From Candidatus Omnitrophota bacterium (GTDB taxonomy: Bacteria > Omnitrophota > Gorgyraeia > DAOVKU01): a stretch of 61,346 nt of DNA. Every line of letters begins with the position of its first letter. Positions within the stretch are counted from its first letter, which is position 1. The stretch is from positions 1-61,346 of the forward strand of contig JBDRBQ010000067.1 in assembly GCA_043822625.1 (NCBI GenBank). Reading direction: 5' to 3'. This document shows, piece after piece, positions 57,323 through 61,346 of this stretch. The translations under genes and the position numbers were made by a program. The notes under the pieces are model-generated. The model did no database searches, was not told the DNA's origin, and was given only the letters and a program-made list of their open reading frames with translations.

Positions 57323-58492
57323 ATGAAGTTAAAAAACAAAATATTATTCTTATTGCCTCTAATAAGCATTCTTTTCTCCGTTCGCGCCAACGCCGGCGAT
57401 TTGGAAAATATCTGGAAACAAAGAATAGAAGGGGGAATATTAACTACCGCGGTAAATACGACACCCATTGTAGTTACTCAAAAAGAAATAATATTCATGG
57501 ATGAAAAGGGTGCAATAGTAAATACTATACCTCTTAACGAAAATCAATTCGCGGTAATATCGCGGGACACAAACACTTTCACCCTTGTAACACATCGCCC
57601 TCACATAAAAGAAATAATACAAAAAACAGAACTCTTTATTTCCTCCGCATTGTTATCTTGTTCCACATCGTCATCATCTTCCACGTTGTCATCCTGCGGC
57701 TTGACCGCGGGATCCATCACCCCCCTCTGCACCATAGAAGAAAACGGTTATCCTTATCTCAGCCCAGACGGCACATGGCTGGCGATGATAAGCAAACCGA
57801 AAAGCAAAATTAGTTTCTATACAAAAGAAGGTAAAAAACTACGCGAATACGATTTTCCGAACATTAAAAATTCCGCCCTTGCTTTTTCAGGCGACAGCCG
57901 CTATTGCGCTATAAACACCTCTAATATTCAGGGGAATGAAACCGGAAGCCGCGTAATTCTATTCAACGATAAAGGCAAAAAAATCTGGCAATATGATCAT
58001 CCCCGCTCAACCGCCGGAGAACTTAATCTTTCTCAAAATGGTGAAACCGTAGTATATTCATCGGAAAATGAGCTTATTTCCATAAATAAAAAGGGTAGAG
58101 AAAACTGGACAAAATCTTTAACCCCCGGCGGCATAAAAACAGCTCTAAGCCCAAATCAAAAATATCTGGCCATAAGCCGCAGAGAGGACAACAGTATAAC
58201 TTTATACAACGCCCAAGATGGAACGGAAATATGGAAAAAACAGATTACAGGCCTCTTAGGATACAACAGCCCATTCACGTCATTAGAAGTTTTAGACAAC
58301 GGTGCTGTGATAACCGCCATAGCCAAAAGCTGGTCCATTAGAAACGACCAGAGCTATTTATACATCATAAAAGACAAGCAAATAGCCTCATACACTGAAT
58401 TCACGGCACCTTGGATAAAAGCCATAACCAAAAACGACAATCGGCATATAATCGTTTACTCGAAAGAATTTGTGGAAAAATACAGGAAATAA
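57323..58492 (+). CDS. 389-aa secreted protein, beta-propeller-like (PQQ/WD-like repeats)
   Basis: Signal peptide MKLKNKILFLLPLISILFSVRANA. Recurrent (D/K)G..(I/N)W(K/Q/T) strand motifs (KGKKIWQYDH, KGRENWTKSL, DGTEIWKKQI). The fold call is an inference. Confidence 0.65.
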   Translation: MKLKNKILFLLPLISILFSVRANAGDLENIWKQRIEGGILTTAVNTTPIVVTQKEIIFMDEKGAIVNTIPLNENQFAVISRDTNTFTLVTHRPHIKEIIQKTELFISSALLSCSTSSSSSTLSSCGLTAGSITPLCTIEENGYPYLSPDGTWLAMISKPKSKISFYTKEGKKLREYDFPNIKNSALAFSGDSRYCAINTSNIQGNETGSRVILFNDKGKKIWQYDHPRSTAGELNLSQNGETVVYSSENELISINKKGRENWTKSLTPGGIKTALSPNQKYLAISRREDNSITLYNAQDGTEIWKKQITGLLGYNSPFTSLEVLDNGAVITAIAKSWSIRNDQSYLYIIKDKQIASYTEFTAPWIKAITKNDNRHIIVYSKEFVEKYRK

Positions 58493-58503
58493 AAAAACGC
58501 AAA

Positions 58504-58535
58504 TATATAGTAAATAGTTGATGGTGAATAGTAAC
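58504..58535. repeat. forward heptamer run preceding the four-helix-bundle gene
   Basis: ATATAGTAAATAGTTGATGGTGAATAGTAAC. Confidence 0.7.
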
Positions 58536-58549
58536 AGAGAGGATAAAAA

Positions 58550-58912
58550 ATGGACAACAAAAAAATACAAAATTTTAAAGATTTGAAAATTTGGCAAGAA
58601 TCTATGGAAATAGTAGAAGAAATATATAAAGTGACTAAAGATTTTCCAAAGAATGAAATATACGGCATTATTACTCAGTTAAGACGTTCAGCTGTATCTA
58701 TTCCCTCGAATATAGCCGAAGGTTTTATGCGCCAGTATAATAAAGAATTTAAACAATTTTTATTCATAGCTTTAGGTAGCAGCGCGGAAGCTGAAACACA
58801 GTTGATAATTTCCAGTAAATTAAGTTATATAACTAAGACTAAAAATGATACTTTATTAAAAAAAATCGAGAGATTGAACAAAATGATAATGACATTAATC
58901 AAATGTTTATGA
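58550..58912 (+). CDS. four-helix-bundle protein of the 23S rRNA intervening-sequence (S23p) family
   Basis: F.DL.IWQ.S.....EIY..T..FP..E.YG...QLRRSAVSIPSNIAEG......KEF..FL.IALGS..E..TQL is the family signature. Confidence 0.85.
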   Translation: MDNKKIQNFKDLKIWQESMEIVEEIYKVTKDFPKNEIYGIITQLRRSAVSIPSNIAEGFMRQYNKEFKQFLFIALGSSAEAETQLIISSKLSYITKTKNDTLLKKIERLNKMIMTLIKCL

Positions 58913-58916
58913 AAAA

Positions 58917-59172
58917 CAGTGAATAGTAGATGGTGAATGGTGAATAGTAGTTTTAAAAGCTTTTACGATTAACCATTAAACTGTTTTTCAACTATTCACC
59001 ATCGAACCATTAAACTATTGAACCATTAAACTGTTTTTCAACTATTCACCATCGAACCATTAAACTATTGAACCATTAAACTGTTTTTCAACTATTCACC
59101 ATTGAACCATTAAACTATTGAACCATTAAACTGTTTTTCAACTATTCACCATTGAACCATTAAACCATTCAC
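58917..59172. repeat. forward heptamer run followed by a 50-bp tandem repeat (4 copies) of reverse-arm sequence
   Basis: CAGTGAATAGTAGATGGTGAATGGTGAATAGTAG at 58917-58950. Unit CCATTAAACTGTTTTTCAACTATTCACCATCGAACCATTAAACTATTGAA starts at 58973, 59023, 59073 and 59123. Confidence 0.9.
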
Positions 59173-59193
59173 TAATGAAAAGGAGCTAAAAAA

Positions 59194-61346
59194 ATGCGTC
59201 TGACAAACAAAATCTTAAACGCAATCGTGGCAGTGAGCATGTTCTGGACAACTCCGGCAATGGCAAAGATTATCCCTGACATGCCCGGCCTGAACCCCGA
59301 GGCAAAAGTTAAATACACCGAAGGCAAATTCTACGTGCCCTATACCGATTTTTACATCAAAGGTCAGGGTTTTCCTCTCGAACTCACCCGCGTATACAAC
59401 AGTCGTAGTACTTATTACAGCGGCTTTGGCTTCGGCTGGACATGCAACCTTTTCGCTCATATATATCATATAGAAGATACTCCCGAAGGCATGATAAAAC
59501 TTTTCGACTACCGCGGTATGATAAAAGAATTTCTACTGCAGGAAGACGGCACCTACGTTAATATAGAAGGCGAATGCAAAACCCTCACCCGCGACGGACA
59601 AGGCAACTATATCATCGCCGATAAAAGCGGTAATAAAGAATACTACAACGCCGAAGGCAAACTAACTAAAAAAACAGATACAAACGATAATCAATTAACT
59701 TTAACATACAACACTAACAACCAGCTTACACAAGTAACCGATTCAGTCGGCAGAAGCCTCACATTAAGTTACACAGGTTATTACATCACACAGGTTACCG
59801 ATCCAATAGGCAGGACGTTTCAATACCAATACGACTCCACCTATAATCTCATCAAAGCCATAAACCCCGCGGGACAAAGTATAAGCTATGAATACAATAA
59901 CCAACACAACCTGACTAAAATCACATACCCCAACGAGGCCGAAGTAAAACTCGAATACACCAACGAAGAAAAAGACAAAGCCGAAGTAAAATGGGTAGAC
60001 CCTTTAGGCATGACTAAAACATACGACCGTACTAAAATAATAGAAATGGCAAAAGAGGCTTTAGGGGATACAAGCCTTAATTCTGCTACCATCGCCGCCA
60101 AAAGAGAAGCCGTAATAATCACAGACACAGATACCAGAGGCAACGAAACCAAATACATCTACACCGACAAACAGCACACCATGAAAACCATAGACAGCTT
60201 TGGCAATGCCGAAACCATACAAAGAAACAACCGCTTAGACATCATAAAAGAAACCGGCAAAAGAGGAGAGGTTACCAACTACAGCTACGACGACAGCCAC
60301 AACCTGACCCAAATCACAGACCCATTAGGCAAAATAACAGAATACACCTATAACGGACAAGGCGCGGCTCAAAACAAACCAACCATCATAAAAGACAGAC
60401 TAAACCGTCTCACAAATTACCAATATAACGAAACTACCGGAAATCTAATAAAGAAAATCAACGCCCTTGGCGCGGAAGTCAATTACAGCTACACCCAAAA
60501 AGGAAAACTCTCAAGCATAACCGACGCGAAAGGAAACGCCACCCAATACGAATACGACACCATAGGAAACCAAACTAAAAGAATAGACGCGCTCGGCGCG
60601 CAAACCCAATACCAATACGACGCCATAGGCAGATTACAAAACAAAACCGCCCCTGAAGGAAATACATACAATTACGAATACACAGCCACAAACGACATAG
60701 AAAAAATTACCGACCCCAAAGGCAATCAAATCAATTATAACTACGACGGCATGGGCAACGTAACCTGCATAACCAAAATAGACAACACAGACCTCCAAAA
60801 TCCCATAAACGTAACCACTCAATGCCAATACAATTTAGTAAATAAACTCACTCAAGTTACAGATCCAATCGGCAATACAGCGCAACTAACTTATGACATA
60901 GACGGCAATCTTATACAGGTCACAGACCCAAAAGGCAATCAAACCCAATACGAATACGATGCCTTAAACCGCGTAACCAGAGTTACAAATCCCCAATCCC
61001 AAATTATCAACTACGCCTACGACCCCGCGAATAACCTGACACAGATCACAGACCCCATGGGCAACCAGACCAATTACCAATACGACCTATTAAGCCGCCT
61101 AACACAAGTCACCGGTCCCCAGTCACAAGTCACCGGTTATGAATATGATGCCGTCGGCAATTTAACCAAAATAACAGACCCAAAAGGCAATCAAAACAAC
61201 TATCAATACAACGCCCTGAGCGACTTAACAAAAATAATCAGGCCCGACAATACCAATATACAATACGAATACGACGCCAACTCAAACTTAACCAAAATAA
61301 TAGACCCGAATAACAACCAGACCCAATACACCTACGACGCCGTCAA
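59194..61346 (+). CDS. RHS/YD-repeat protein, N-terminal part (runs off the window)
   Basis: Absent from the ORF track because no stop is reached. AAAGGAG RBS, ATG 59194, signal peptide MRLTNKILNAIVAVSMFWTTPAMA. Continues with PLELTRVYNS...GFGFGWT and many YD repeats (Y.YD..GNL..ITDP.GN.T.Y.YD), open to 61346. Confidence 0.9.
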   Translation, partial: MRLTNKILNAIVAVSMFWTTPAMAKIIPDMPGLNPEAKVKYTEGKFYVPYTDFYIKGQGFPLELTRVYNSRSTYYSGFGFGWTCNLFAHIYHIEDTPEGMIKLFDYRGMIKEFLLQEDGTYVNIEGECKTLTRDGQGNYIIADKSGNKEYYNAEGKLTKKTDTNDNQLTLTYNTNNQLTQVTDSVGRSLTLSYTGYYITQVTDPIGRTFQYQYDSTYNLIKAINPAGQSISYEYNNQHNLTKITYPNEAEVKLEYTNEEKDKAEVKWVDPLGMTKTYDRTKIIEMAKEALGDTSLNSATIAAKREAVIITDTDTRGNETKYIYTDKQHTMKTIDSFGNAETIQRNNRLDIIKETGKRGEVTNYSYDDSHNLTQITDPLGKITEYTYNGQGAAQNKPTIIKDRLNRLTNYQYNETTGNLIKKINALGAEVNYSYTQKGKLSSITDAKGNATQYEYDTIGNQTKRIDALGAQTQYQYDAIGRLQNKTAPEGNTYNYEYTATNDIEKITDPKGNQINYNYDGMGNVTCITKIDNTDLQNPINVTTQCQYNLVNKLTQVTDPIGNTAQLTYDIDGNLIQVTDPKGNQTQYEYDALNRVTRVTNPQSQIINYAYDPANNLTQITDPMGNQTNYQYDLLSRLTQVTGPQSQVTGYEYDAVGNLTKITDPKGNQNNYQYNALSDLTKIIRPDNTNIQYEYDANSNLTKIIDPNNNQTQYTYDAV

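Noticed and set aside
56978-57504. ORFs 56978-57235 (+) and 57250-57504 (+).
   Set aside because: The first is an alternative frame inside the 418-aa gene. The second spans the heptamer hairpin and the start of the 389-aa gene in the wrong frame. Neither has an RBS.

Overview
AT-rich chromosomal segment in which every confident gene is on the + strand except ispH. The lineage cannot be fixed from sequence alone. Giant secreted proteins, an RHS gene, a DUF559 gene and a 23S-IVS-type four-helix-bundle gene suggest an uncultivated Omnitrophota-like organism, but that is inference only.

Backbone genes, in order:
- rpmA-obg-proB-proA-nadD, a DUF21/CBS transporter, a GT28 glycolipid synthase, rsfS, argS, recA-recX, alaS.
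- A his cluster: hisD-B-H-A, then tRNA-Arg(CCG), then hisF-I.
- A complete trp operon: trpE-G-D-C-F-B-A.
- A sugar-nucleotide transferase, ruvX, M16 and M50 proteases, rpe, a phosphohexomutase, lepA-lepB, pgsA-plsY, ispH, uvrB, birA-coaX.
- CIRCE-groES-groEL, and small CsaA/YkgJ/PilZ genes.
- A terminal block of signal-peptide proteins: a 1610-aa PA14 protein, two unknowns, and an RHS/YD protein that runs off the window.

The main observation is how heavily this housekeeping backbone is colonised by selfish and repeat DNA:
- Three selfish modules sit inside the trp operon: two toxin-antitoxin (TA) pairs and a disrupted RAYT-like Y1 transposase.
- An MNT/HepT pair is present.
- A one-gene DUF559 nuclease cassette lies between two co-linear 36-bp tandem arrays.
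- At least six short palindromic or tandem repeat families are present. Some are inserted in frame into coding sequence (hisF, the transposase itself, and possibly a secreted propeller protein).
- A heptamer family places stop codons in all three frames right after many genes.
- A consensus promoter plus a terminator-ended leader precedes the giant secreted-protein gene.

No rRNA, CRISPR array or reverse transcriptase was seen. All functional calls rest on reading the translations by eye, and no database search was run.
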